Positions 22,390 through 32,463 of a stretch of 64,000 nt of DNA are shown here, in pieces (the stretch's first letter is position 1; each line of letters begins with the position of its first letter). The DNA is from Bdellovibrionota bacterium. GTDB lineage: Bacteria > Bdellovibrionota_G > JALEGL01 > JAGRMV01. The notes beneath the pieces were generated by a model. That model did not search any database, had not been told where the DNA came from, and worked only from the letters and a program-made list of their open reading frames with translations. The position numbers and the translations under genes were made by a program. The stretch lies in the NCBI GenBank assembly GCA_041391365.1, contig JAWKOC010000002.1:517300-581299 (forward strand), in the 5' to 3' direction.

Positions 22390-22953
22390 TTATTCTTTTA
22401 CCCGCGCAACGTAGCGACCGGTTTCTGTGTCAATTTCCACGAGTTCATCTTGTTCGATGAAGCCAGGAATCAACACCGTTGCACCCGTATCGGTTTTGGC
22501 TTGTTTGAAGGTGTTGGTTGCGGTTGCTGTTTTGATGTAAGGTTCACACTCTACAATTTTTACCTGGACGGTTTTGGGAAGACTGATTCCCAAAGGCTGA
22601 CCATCATGAATCTCCACCATCATTTGTAAATTTGGACGAAGATAGTCGGTCATTCCTTCCAACATATCACCTGAAATCTGCAATTGTTCGTAGGTTTCAG
22701 TGTCCATGAAAACATAATGTTCACCTTCCTGGTAGAGGTATTCCACGGGTCTGGTTTCCAAGGTCACACGTTCTACACTTTCTGAAGAACGAAACTTGTG
22801 TTCGGTTTGTGTGCCTTTTTTGATGTTACGCAATTTGACTTGAACAAAAGCAGCGCCTTTTCCTGGAGAATAATGCACAGCTTCCATCACTCTCCATAGC
22901 TCATCCTTGTATTGAATGACCATACCTACTTTTAGTTGCTTTGAGCCAATCAT
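22390..22953 (-). CDS. efp: Elongation factor P
   Basis: Full-length EF-P homology (KVGMVIQYKDELWRV...GKGAAFVQVKLRN). Confidence 0.93.
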   Translation of the reverse strand: MIGSKQLKVGMVIQYKDELWRVMEAVHYSPGKGAAFVQVKLRNIKKGTQTEHKFRSSESVERVTLETRPVEYLYQEGEHYVFMDTETYEQLQISGDMLEGMTDYLRPNLQMMVEIHDGQPLGISLPKTVQVKIVECEPYIKTATATNTFKQAKTDTGATVLIPGFIEQDELVEIDTETGRYVARVKE

Positions 22954-22990
22954 GAAATACCTCTATCAATCAATGGTTAACGTTTGTGGT

Positions 22991-24242
22991 TTAGGTTCCT
23001 GCAGAATAATCTGTTTTGTAGTTCTCTTGCTCCGCACTCAAGGTATCAATGGTGATGCCCATGGTTTTGAGTTTGATGCTGGCAATTTGGTTGTCCTGTT
23101 CTTGAGGAAGAACATGAACCTTTTTATCAAGCTTGGTACCGTTTGTGTACAGCTCCAACAATGCAAGAAATTGGTTGGAGAAGGACATGTCCATGACTTC
23201 TGCAGGATGTCCTTCCGCAGCGGCCAAATTCACCAGGCGGCCTTTTCCAAGAACGAAGATGCTTTTTCCATTTTTCAATTTGTATTCTTCGTTGTTGGGG
23301 CGAACTTCCGTGATGGACTGTGCAATCGATCCCAAATCCACAAGGTTTAACTCACAATCATAGTGACCGGTGTTGCAAACGATGGCCCCGTCTTTCATGG
23401 TTTCGAAGTGCTTTTTGACGATGATGTCTTTCATCCCCGTTGTTGTGATGAAAATATCTCCAACTTTGCTAGCTTCTTCCATACTCATGACTTCATGACC
23501 TTCTAGGGTTGCACGAAGCGCAGCGACAGGATCAATTTCGGTGATGATGGTTTTGCTCCCAAGCCTTTGGTTTCAACGCTACACCGCGACCACAATGACC
23601 ATATCCAGCCACCACAAATTTTTTGCCAGCGATCAGAACGCTGGTTGCTCGCAAGATACCGTCCAACGAAGATTGACCGGTTCCATACACGTTGTCGAAG
23701 TCCCATTTGGTTTGTGCATCGTTGACCGCAAAAATAGGGTATTGCAAAAGTCCATCAGAGGCCATCGCGCGCAAACGCTGAACACCCGTGGTGGTTTCTT
23801 CGGTTCCACCAATGACATTGGCTGCAATGTCTTTGTGATTTTTGTGAAGAGAGAAGATCAAGTCTGCACCGTCATCAAGGGTAAGATTGGGTTTGAATGC
23901 AATGGTTTGATCGATGCATTCATAAAATTCGTCGTTGGTCATGCCATGCCAAGCGTAGATCGAGGTTCCCGCTTCGGCCAACGCGGCAGCAACATCATCT
24001 TGGGTCGAAAGTGGATTGCAACCTGACCATGCGACTTCGGCTCCGGCGGCGCGCAAGGTTTCGACCAATACGGCAGTTTCTTTGGTGATGTGGATGCAAC
24101 CAGCAATTTTTGCACCTTTGAAGGGTTTGGTTTCACTGTATTTTCTTCTCAGTTCCATGAGAACGGGCATTCGGCTTTCGGCCCAATGAATTTTTTTTCT
24201 TCCGGCTTGCGCCATATTGATGTCTTTGACTTTGTAGTTCAT
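22991..24242 (-). CDS. ahcY: Adenosylhomocysteinase (apparent frameshift, probably a sequencing error)
   Basis: ORF 23532..24257 carries the N-terminal and substrate-binding part up to VVAGYGHCGRGVAL. ORF 22991..23488 carries the NAD-binding and C-terminal part. The reading frame continues as KTIITEIDPVAALRATLEGHEV upstream of the second ORF. One extra nucleotide among the short runs at 23551..23575 explains the break. Confidence 0.85.
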
Positions 24243-24313
24243 TTCCATCCCTTTCATCCTTGGTGATTCAAAAAATCACCTTGGATTGGTTTCCAAGTAC
24301 TTGATTTGTACGG

Positions 24314-25060
24314 TTATATCAAAAAACCGCCGTTGATAGATATCACTTCCCCCTGAATATAGGAAGACTTATCGCTGGCCAGAAAGGCAATCAAATGGGC
24401 GATTTCATCGGGTTGACCCATGCGACCCAGGGGCACGGTTTCGATCATTTTTTCTTTGATCGTGTCGGGAATGGTTTGGGTCATTGCAGTATCAATCAGT
24501 CCAGGTGCAATTGCATTGACATTGATCTGAAAACGAGAAAGTTCCAGTGCCCAGGTTTTCGTCATGCCCACCACGCCAGCTTTGGCCGCACTGTAGTTGG
24601 TCTGACCATAGATTCCTCGATAGGCCACGGAAGATAGATTGATGATTTTGCCGCGATTTTGAGTCGACATGATTCGAGCACAGGCCTGGCCCATCAAAAA
24701 GACACCTCTGAGATTGACGGCAATGACTTGATCGAACTGCTCTGGCGTCATCTTGAGCAAGGTGCTGTCTCGCAAAATTCCCGCGTTGTTGACCAAAATA
24801 TCCACTCGATTCCATTGTTTGTGAATGGAAGTTACGACAGATTCGACCTGATCGGCTTTTGATACATTGGCATCAAAGGCAATGGCCTTTTCTTTGAGAA
24901 CCGGATGCTGATCGATTTGTTGTTGAAGAGCGTCCTTGTCCAGATCCACCATGGCGATTGATGCTCCCAGACTGGCCAAGTGTTTGGAAGTTTCGAGGCC
25001 AATGCCTCCTGCGGCGCCTGTTACGACTGCCACGTTGTCGTGCAACTGAATGTGATTCAT
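24314..25060 (-). CDS. SDR-family oxidoreductase (3-oxoacyl-ACP reductase-like)
   Basis: TGAAGGIG Rossmann motif and the YxxxK catalytic motif. Confidence 0.8.
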   Translation of the reverse strand: MNHIQLHDNVAVVTGAAGGIGLETSKHLASLGASIAMVDLDKDALQQQIDQHPVLKEKAIAFDANVSKADQVESVVTSIHKQWNRVDILVNNAGILRDSTLLKMTPEQFDQVIAVNLRGVFLMGQACARIMSTQNRGKIINLSSVAYRGIYGQTNYSAAKAGVVGMTKTWALELSRFQINVNAIAPGLIDTAMTQTIPDTIKEKMIETVPLGRMGQPDEIAHLIAFLASDKSSYIQGEVISINGGFLI

Positions 25061-25146
25061 CGTAGCCTGCTTGTAGCGGAAGGATGGTCAATTGTAAAAA
25101 AGAATCGAGTGAAGCCCTTTAAGAAAAAGCGAATTTGAGTGACTGG

Positions 25147-26358
25147 TTACAGTGTCACTTGCAGACCTAGGTCTGCAAAGTGATGAATTCGCGTAAAGCC
25201 GGTCAGAGCTTGTCGTAGCCTTGTGTAGTTCATGCCAATTTTGAATCGATGATCGGGATAGAGATACCAGTTGATTCCTGCTGCAATTTCTTGACTACGA
25301 TCGGAGGACCCTTGCGAATTGGGGTCAATCCATGCATATCGGAACACCGTTTCTATTTTTTGCGGAATCAAGAACATAGAGGGTTGAACATAAAATCCCT
25401 GGGCATAAAAATCATACGTGGGAACAGAAATGTTTTTTCGATAAAAATATTCTCCGAGCAAGCTAATCCCTTTGTAACTCAGATGCAAATCAGAACTGGA
25501 ATGCATGAAGCTCGCGCGGGCGTCGTCGATGGTATTGTTGGCATTGACATCCAATCCTCGGTTTTGATCATAGGCAAAGGAACTGCCAAGCTCCCAACGA
25601 AAGGTCTCAAAATTTTCTACCCCTCCCTCGGAATATCCGACAGGTCCTCGAGGATGCACGGACAATCGACCTACATACAGATGTCCGAGGCTACCGCCGG
25701 AGGTCCCATTGGAAAGATTTTGACCTGTGTTGAAAAGGGCGGAAGGTTGAGACGAGGTTTGCAGGGGTCCTGCTCCATTAAAAATAGATACAATCGCACT
25801 GTATTGTTTTTGAAAACGTTGCACACTGACTCCACGATCTCGACCCAGAGAAAATTGCGAGGTTGCAATGCTTCGATGCATGAGATTGAGGTTTCCGGAG
25901 TAGATCATCCATTGTTTTCCCACGGGGACTTTGTATTGACCTACTTTCAGGTCCAGTCCTTTGTGCCGCAAGCGGATGTAATAGTCTTCCAGACGCAGTC
26001 CTCCTGTAGTGCTTTCATTGGGGAACAACGAGTAACTGCGAGTCTGCCGTCCTGCTCCGGCTTGAATGTAATATTGAAGAAATCGTCCCAGAGCATTTCC
26101 ACCTGCGTAGAGTTTTGCGTGAACCAGATCAAAAGAACTGTAATCCGCCAAAGAATCCAGATGAGCATAACTATAGTTGACGTTGAGGCGGGTTCCTACC
26201 TTGAGAAGATAGCGACCATCTTCGGTTTTGATGTAAAAACCATCCTCATATCCAGATTGGACGAAGGGGATTCGCTCCACCGCCATGGCCAGTGGGCACA
26301 TCCATAGCAATCCAAAAGCAAAAGAAAGACCAAGAATAATCCGATTTTTTTTCTTCAT
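25147..26358 (-). CDS. Outer-membrane beta-barrel porin (phosphate-selective porin O/P-like)
   Basis: Signal peptide and alternating amphipathic beta-strand pattern. N-terminal DGFYIKTEDGRYLLKVGTRL block typical of the OprO/OprP family. Start taken at MKKKNRI. Confidence 0.5.
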   Translation of the reverse strand: MKKKNRIILGLSFAFGLLWMCPLAMAVERIPFVQSGYEDGFYIKTEDGRYLLKVGTRLNVNYSYAHLDSLADYSSFDLVHAKLYAGGNALGRFLQYYIQAGAGRQTRSYSLFPNESTTGGLRLEDYYIRLRHKGLDLKVGQYKVPVGKQWMIYSGNLNLMHRSIATSQFSLGRDRGVSVQRFQKQYSAIVSIFNGAGPLQTSSQPSALFNTGQNLSNGTSGGSLGHLYVGRLSVHPRGPVGYSEGGVENFETFRWELGSSFAYDQNRGLDVNANNTIDDARASFMHSSSDLHLSYKGISLLGEYFYRKNISVPTYDFYAQGFYVQPSMFLIPQKIETVFRYAWIDPNSQGSSDRSQEIAAGINWYLYPDHRFKIGMNYTRLRQALTGFTRIHHFADLGLQVTL

Positions 26359-26385
26359 GATGGGTACATTTTTGATACACATAAG

Positions 26386-26904
26386 ATGAAAAAGATGGAA
26401 CAAAAAAAACGATCATGGATATGGGTGGGCATGGCATTGTTTGTGCTGTGCGTGTGGGATCAAAGTCAAGCGGTAGAGCGCTTGGGATATGTTGGTTTGT
26501 CGTACTATTTGCCCATCAACATTCATCCCGAAAATAGTCTCGGGGCTCATCATGAACAAATTGATACAGGGTATTTTTTGTCGGAACAATGGGCCGTTCA
26601 AATGAGTTGGGCATTTGCTTTGAATCAACAGAAACGGGTGACCGTGAGTTTTGGTCCCGAGTTCTATTTGATGAATGATGTGACGCTTACCCCCTTTGTC
26701 TATGCGCGGTTCATTTATGGTGTGTTACCTCAAAATACCTTGGGACTGTCGACTGGATTTGGATTTGAGTACAACTTGGGTGCAATTGCCGTGGAAAATC
26801 TTTCTTTGCGCGCGAGCCTTGGGTTGCGCCAGGAATTTCCAGATTCGGGGGGACGGCAGACACGTTTCGATGTTGTTCAGGTCGGTGTGACTTGGTCGTT
26901 TTGA
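26386..26904 (+). CDS. Small outer-membrane beta-barrel protein (OmpW/OmpA-like barrel)
   Basis: Signal peptide, alternating hydrophobic pattern and a C-terminal aromatic residue (...VTWSF). Divergent from the porin gene across a roughly 30-bp gap. Confidence 0.45.
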   Translation: MKKMEQKKRSWIWVGMALFVLCVWDQSQAVERLGYVGLSYYLPINIHPENSLGAHHEQIDTGYFLSEQWAVQMSWAFALNQQKRVTVSFGPEFYLMNDVTLTPFVYARFIYGVLPQNTLGLSTGFGFEYNLGAIAVENLSLRASLGLRQEFPDSGGRQTRFDVVQVGVTWSF

Positions 26905-26914
26905 GCAGATGTCC

Positions 26915-29668
26915 CTAATGGGCTTGGGCCCAATTGTCACCCATACCCACCTCTACCAGCAAAGGAACAGAAAGTTTTGCGGCAGATTCCATTTTTGTTT
27001 TGACCATGGCTGAAAGCTTTTCCAATTCCGATTCAGGTCCTTCAAACACCAACTCATCATGCACCTGCAACAACATTTGACTTTGGTATTCTTTTTCCAT
27101 CAGTTCGTTGTGAATGTCGATCATGGCGACCTTGATGATATCGGCTGCCGTTCCCTGAATGGGAGCATTTGTGACGATCCGTTCTGCCATAGAGGCCATT
27201 CGAGGGTTTTTGCTGTTGATTTCGCCCACAGGCCTTTTACGTCCAAACATGGTTTGAACGTATCCATTTTTTTTGGCCATTGAGATTTGCTGTGCAAAAT
27301 AGTCTTTGACGCTGCTGTAGGTATGGAAATAATTTTCGATGAATGCTTTGGCTTCATCCAAAGAAATTCCATTTTCTTTGGCCAGTCGTCGAGAACCCAT
27401 TCCATAAATGATTCCAAAATTGATGGTTTTGGCCTGTCCACGTTGTTGTTTGGTCACGTTTTCAAAAGGAATGTCAAAAATCAGAGATGCGGTTTGCGTA
27501 TGGATGTCGATGTTTTTTTGAAAAGCTTCGATCATGGTTTGGTCGTTGGCCAGATGAGCCAGGATTCTCAACTCCACTTGAGAATAGTCCGCAGACAAAA
27601 TCTTCCATCCCTTTTCTTTGGGGATGAAACTTTTTCGAATCTCCAGTCCCAAGGGATTTCGGATCGGAATGTTTTGAAGATTGGGATCTGAGCTCGACAA
27701 TCTTCCTGTTGACGCTACGGTTTGATTGAAACTGGTATGAATGTTTTGAGTATCTGAATGAATCATTTTGGGAAGAGCATCAATATAAGTAGACAAAAGT
27801 TTGCTTTGATTGCGATAGTCCAACAAGGCTTCCACCAAAGGGTTGGGCAAATACTCTTCCAAGGTTTCTTGATCGGTGGAGTAGCCCGTTTTGGTGGTTT
27901 TCACTTTTCTTACCGAGACGTGAGGTTCATTTTGAATCTTGATTTTTTCAAACAAGATGGGTCCCAGCTGCTTGGGAGATTTGATGTTGAACTCTTCTCC
28001 TGCGAGCTGATGAATCTTTTTGGTTAGATCTATCAAGTTGCTGCTCAGTGTTTTGGAGAGCACAGCCAAGGCCTTTTTGTCCAAATGAAATCCTCTTCGC
28101 TCCATCGAGAGCAAAACCTCGATCAAGGGTACCTCGATGGTCGAGAGGACTTTGTCGAGCTGTTGCTTTTGGAGCTCCGATTCAAAATACACATACAACA
28201 TGTAGGTTGCCCATGCATCTTCGCATGCATATTCCGTGAGTTTTTCTTTGTCGACTTCTACCATTGAAATTTGTTTTTTTCCTTTTCCGATGAGCTCTTC
28301 GGTGGGAATTTTTTTTACGTTCAAATATTCAAGGGACAGGGCATCCAAGCCATGTTGATGTGTATTCGGCTTGAGAAGATACGACGCGAGCATCGTATCA
28401 AATGCAATGCCTTTGAGCTCTATGCCTTCATTGCGAAAAATGTGAGCATCAAATTTGATGTTTTGACCAATTTTGTGGATGGAGGGGTTGCTCATGATGG
28501 GGGCAAACACTTCCCAACATTCACTGGGAGAAAAATCTGCACTGGGAAAGTGAACAAAATACGCATCCTCTGGCCGAAAACAAAACGAAAATCCCACCAT
28601 TCGTGAAGCGATGGTATCCAAACCCGTTGTTTCTGTGTCGATCACAACATGGGATTGCTTGCCCAACAGTTTGCTCATCTCATGAAGCTGCTCATGGGTC
28701 TGGATGCGAACATAGTGAGCTTTGGTGTGGGATAAAGAAGATGCAGAAACAGTCGGCTTGGAAGATGTCGAGTAGATTGGGGCGGAGGTTTTTGTCTTCT
28801 TGCTTGGGTTTCGAAGCAGGCGTGAGCTGAAGCTTTTGATCAGGGAATGAAATCCAAGTTCAGCAAACAAAGGAGTAATTTTCTCCGGATCCATCGATTG
28901 CACACGCAAATCATCTAAATGAAGTTCAACAGGAATGTTGGTGTGAATGGTCACAAGCTCCTTGCACAAAAAGGCTTGATCTTTGAACTCCCTGAGTTTT
29001 CCTTGCACTTTCTCGGGCTTGACCTGATCCAGTTGATCATAAATGCTGGTCAGTCCGCCATAGGTTTGAATCAATTTGCTCGCGGTTTTCTCACCGATGC
29101 CGGGGACGCCGGGGACGTTGTCCGAAGAATCTCCCATCAAGGCCAGCATATCGGTCACGTGCTGCGCCTGAACACCCCATTTTTTTTCACTTGCCGCTGC
29201 CCCCAAAATTTCGACATCGGAACCTTTTTTGAGTTGGTATATGAAAATTTGATCATTGAGCAGCTGCAAAAAATCTTTGTCTCCCGTAACCAGATAGCTA
29301 GAGGTCCCCAGAGAAGCAGCTTGGACGGCAAAAGTACCCATGATGTCATCGGCCTCAAATCCGGGCATCACAATGAAAGGAATGTTGAAAGCCTCTACGA
29401 TTTTTCGAATGTAAGGAAGCTGCGCTTGGAGTTCTTCCGGCATTTTTTCCCGCGTGGCTTTGTAATCTTCAAAAACCTTGTGTCGAAATGTTTTTTCCGG
29501 TGAATCAAATGTGACAGCAATGAAATCGGGCTTTTCTTGGTCCAAAATTTTCAAAAGCGTGTTGGTGAATCCAAAACATGCTCCTGTTTCCATCCCTTCC
29601 TTGTTGGTCAGAGGGTTGGACGAAAACGCGAAATGACTTCGATAGGCGATGGCTGAGCCATCCAACAA
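26915..29668 (-). CDS. polA: DNA polymerase I
   Basis: 5'-3' exonuclease, 3'-5' exonuclease and polymerase domains are all recognisable. The N-terminus probably extends to an upstream non-ATG start. Confidence 0.95.
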   Translation of the reverse strand: MLDGSAIAYRSHFAFSSNPLTNKEGMETGACFGFTNTLLKILDQEKPDFIAVTFDSPEKTFRHKVFEDYKATREKMPEELQAQLPYIRKIVEAFNIPFIVMPGFEADDIMGTFAVQAASLGTSSYLVTGDKDFLQLLNDQIFIYQLKKGSDVEILGAAASEKKWGVQAQHVTDMLALMGDSSDNVPGVPGIGEKTASKLIQTYGGLTSIYDQLDQVKPEKVQGKLREFKDQAFLCKELVTIHTNIPVELHLDDLRVQSMDPEKITPLFAELGFHSLIKSFSSRLLRNPSKKTKTSAPIYSTSSKPTVSASSLSHTKAHYVRIQTHEQLHEMSKLLGKQSHVVIDTETTGLDTIASRMVGFSFCFRPEDAYFVHFPSADFSPSECWEVFAPIMSNPSIHKIGQNIKFDAHIFRNEGIELKGIAFDTMLASYLLKPNTHQHGLDALSLEYLNVKKIPTEELIGKGKKQISMVEVDKEKLTEYACEDAWATYMLYVYFESELQKQQLDKVLSTIEVPLIEVLLSMERRGFHLDKKALAVLSKTLSSNLIDLTKKIHQLAGEEFNIKSPKQLGPILFEKIKIQNEPHVSVRKVKTTKTGYSTDQETLEEYLPNPLVEALLDYRNQSKLLSTYIDALPKMIHSDTQNIHTSFNQTVASTGRLSSSDPNLQNIPIRNPLGLEIRKSFIPKEKGWKILSADYSQVELRILAHLANDQTMIEAFQKNIDIHTQTASLIFDIPFENVTKQQRGQAKTINFGIIYGMGSRRLAKENGISLDEAKAFIENYFHTYSSVKDYFAQQISMAKKNGYVQTMFGRKRPVGEINSKNPRMASMAERIVTNAPIQGTAADIIKVAMIDIHNELMEKEYQSQMLLQVHDELVFEGPESELEKLSAMVKTKMESAAKLSVPLLVEVGMGDNWAQAH

Positions 29669-29837
29669 AAATAGACGAGAAATAGCGGATCTCCTTGCTT
29701 TTCAACAGTATGAATTCAACCCAAAACATCGACTTGATGCCTTGGAGGCTTTTATAGCTACAGGAAATGACGTAAGAGATCAAATTCAGATGGAGTCCCC
29801 ATCAGCAGGACTTTCTGTCTCATGTTTTGAAATTCTT

Positions 29838-32276
29838 TTATTGTTTGATCGTTGCAATGGCTGAGAATGCGGGTACGACAACCGTATTTCCCGATGCACT
29901 TCCACTTACAAGCTCATGACCTGCGGGGATGGCAACCACTTTGTCCAAGGGAGTGGAGTTGACCAAAAGCTGCATGTCGTTTAACGCGTTTGCCTTGCTG
30001 GTAAAGGTCCAACCGGTTTTGGGATAAAGGGAGCCACTCTCTGCGGAGAATCCTACCCATTGGCTGAAGGTATAGTCGGATGAAATGGAAGCAGGAGGAG
30101 GAACCTGAAGTCGTGCAAAGATGTTTGTGTAAGGAGAAAGATAGGTGTTGTTGCTGAGCATTCCTGGTGTCCAAGCAGCATTGTTGGATTCATCCAATAG
30201 GAAGAAACTGTACACCGAAGGGTCATATCCAAGAAGCAAGTTGTCCATGATGGTATGCTGACTGATGACGCCTTCGTCGCCGTTGGTGATTTGGATCAGT
30301 CGATTGTCGCCATAGAGGATATTGTTTTTGACAATGTGTCCATTGTTGTTTCGATTCAACAGAATGCATCCACAAACATCCTTTGATGATGTTTTCTTCA
30401 ATGAGAGTGGATTCCGAACGGTTGTCCATATAGATTCCATTGTCGAGGGTGGAAAAGCCAGATTGCCCACCTTGTATCCGATTTGGTTGTTTGGCGCAGG
30501 AGAAGTCTCGATGATGTTTTTGCGAATGGTATTGTTCATGGTTTGCAGCTTGGATTCAGATTTTCGAAAGTATAGATGGCTCCACCATCTCCCAACACTC
30601 TCATGGTATCTACCAGGTGATTTTTTCGATGATGTGGTCTTGTCCATCCAAACGAATGCCGATGTAGCCGATGTTTTGATTTCGTTTTCGAAAATATGAT
30701 TTCCGATCGTGGATTTTCCTGTGATGGCCACCGAAAATTGGTTGCTTGCGGCCTTGAATGCATTGTGCATTCCTGTGGAGCGTCCCCATGTTTTGGACGA
30801 AATGTCTTCGATCGTATTGTATCCTACGCTGCTGTAGTCTGAGAAAAAGAGATACACGCCAACTCCGGAAATGTTTGAAATGTAGTTGTGGTAAATTTCT
30901 AGGTAGTCGGTACCACCGTTGGCATAGATGGCCGAGTTGTAGTTGTTGCTGATGTCACAAAATTGAATTCGAACATGGGCGGCTTCCACAAAAATGGCAT
31001 CTTTGTAATAGTATTCAAGGTTCAAATCAGAAATATCATAGTAGTCCCCGGTCACATGGAGACCTCTTTCCACTACAGGAATTCGAATGTCTTTGTTGAG
31101 AGTGGTAGCATCGGTATAGAGAAAAAGCTTTTGCATGGAAGGTTTGTAGCTCCACTCATTGACCTGATCCACATAGTTGAGGTGGTTGTACAAATAGAAA
31201 CCATTACCTTCTTCACCGCCGTTTGGATTGTTGTTTCCCTCGGTCCAGGATACTTCACCTACGTTTTTGTTCATCCCTGATAGATTGATGGTTGTGGTGG
31301 TGTAGGTTTCCCAGTCTTGTGTTTCTGCAGACCAATGAGTTCCGCGATGAGTGACTTGAACTCCATCGGAATAGTCGGTGTAGTTTCCTCCCAACAAATC
31401 TTCAGAGTAAATGGTGTCTTTGTCTCCGCCATCCATTTTGAAGAGTGGACTTCGACCTGGATAAAACATTTCGTCATCGATGAAAATGGCTCCAGCTCCG
31501 GGAAGGTTGATGGTGGTAGAATAGATCGGACCACTGTATTCTGTCCATGTCAAACTCGCAGGGTCAGGGGCACCGACAATCCGGGGAAGGGCTCCTTGGC
31601 CATAGGATCCAATTTTGGGACGATTGTTGTCATTGCTTCCTGCAATGGGAGGAAGAGTCATGCTGCCATACCATGTGCCTCCTCGTTCAAAAAGAATGGC
31701 TACAGGACCTTGGGCAAGGTTGAGAAGTTCTTCGGCCCGAACCAAACTTTGGATGGGCTCTTCTTTGCTTCCAGAATTGGCATCATCTCCGGAGTTCGAT
31801 ACATAATAAGTTGGAATGGTTTCTTCAGAAGCTTCCGAACGCAACTTCCCATCAAAGACAAAACTTTCTTGCGCCGACCACTCTCCCGTATTCATGTTTT
31901 TGTATTGGATGTTGTAGGTTTCGTTGACTTCCAAGTGAGACAAAGACACTTGATTGGAGTTGGATGAAAATTCAGTCCAAAGATTTTCACTTTGTGGTTT
32001 GAGACGAATCAAATAGCTGCCCATGGTTTCATCGATGGCAAAGGTTGCAGAATGTGCGCTGCTTTGAACCAGCGTAAGACCCTCGGGAAGGCTGCTTGGA
32101 AAACTTTCTTCTACGTCGTCAGTCTTGGAGTTGAACGATCCTGTGTCGATGTTGATGGTGCTTTGGAGAAGGCTGCAAGCCGTCAAATGCAAACTCAACA
32201 CAGCAATGGTTGTGAGTGACATTCCAGTGTTGCGGAGAAAAACGGCCTTCATTCTGGGTTGTGCTTGTTTCATCAT
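29838..32276 (-). CDS. Large surface lipoprotein with right-handed parallel beta-helix repeats (pectate-lyase-like fold)
   Basis: Signal peptide with LHLTAC lipobox. Multiple PbH1-like repeats (NNGHIVKNNILYGDNRLIQITNGDEGVISQHTI...). Confidence 0.55.
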   Translation of the reverse strand: MMKQAQPRMKAVFLRNTGMSLTTIAVLSLHLTACSLLQSTINIDTGSFNSKTDDVEESFPSSLPEGLTLVQSSAHSATFAIDETMGSYLIRLKPQSENLWTEFSSNSNQVSLSHLEVNETYNIQYKNMNTGEWSAQESFVFDGKLRSEASEETIPTYYVSNSGDDANSGSKEEPIQSLVRAEELLNLAQGPVAILFERGGTWYGSMTLPPIAGSNDNNRPKIGSYGQGALPRIVGAPDPASLTWTEYSGPIYSTTINLPGAGAIFIDDEMFYPGRSPLFKMDGGDKDTIYSEDLLGGNYTDYSDGVQVTHRGTHWSAETQDWETYTTTTINLSGMNKNVGEVSWTEGNNNPNGGEEGNGFYLYNHLNYVDQVNEWSYKPSMQKLFLYTDATTLNKDIRIPVVERGLHVTGDYYDISDLNLEYYYKDAIFVEAAHVRIQFCDISNNYNSAIYANGGTDYLEIYHNYISNISGVGVYLFFSDYSSVGYNTIEDISSKTWGRSTGMHNAFKAASNQFSVAITGKSTIGNHIFENEIKTSATSAFVWMDKTTSSKKSPGRYHESVGRWWSHLYFRKSESKLQTMNNTIRKNIIETSPAPNNQIGYKVGNLAFPPSTMESIWTTVRNPLSLKKTSSKDVCGCILLNRNNNGHIVKNNILYGDNRLIQITNGDEGVISQHTIMDNLLLGYDPSVYSFFLLDESNNAAWTPGMLSNNTYLSPYTNIFARLQVPPPASISSDYTFSQWVGFSAESGSLYPKTGWTFTSKANALNDMQLLVNSTPLDKVVAIPAGHELVSGSASGNTVVVPAFSAIATIKQ

Positions 32277-32463
32277 ACGATCAACAAAGCAAGGATTGGG
32301 CCATAAAAAAATTATAATAAAATCAAAAACTTATATTAATCTTTGATCCAATTTGCCGATTTTTGGCCGGCCTTTTGGACCGCGGGTGCTGAGATTTCGC
32401 TCAATCATCCAGCGAGGGTAAGGGCAGAAACGAGCCACAACCTAGCGGTTGCGACTCGACGAT

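Noticed and set aside
25249-26307. 352-aa ORF on the plus strand
   Set aside because: It is antisense to the porin gene, whose beta-barrel periodicity and signal peptide support the minus-strand reading.
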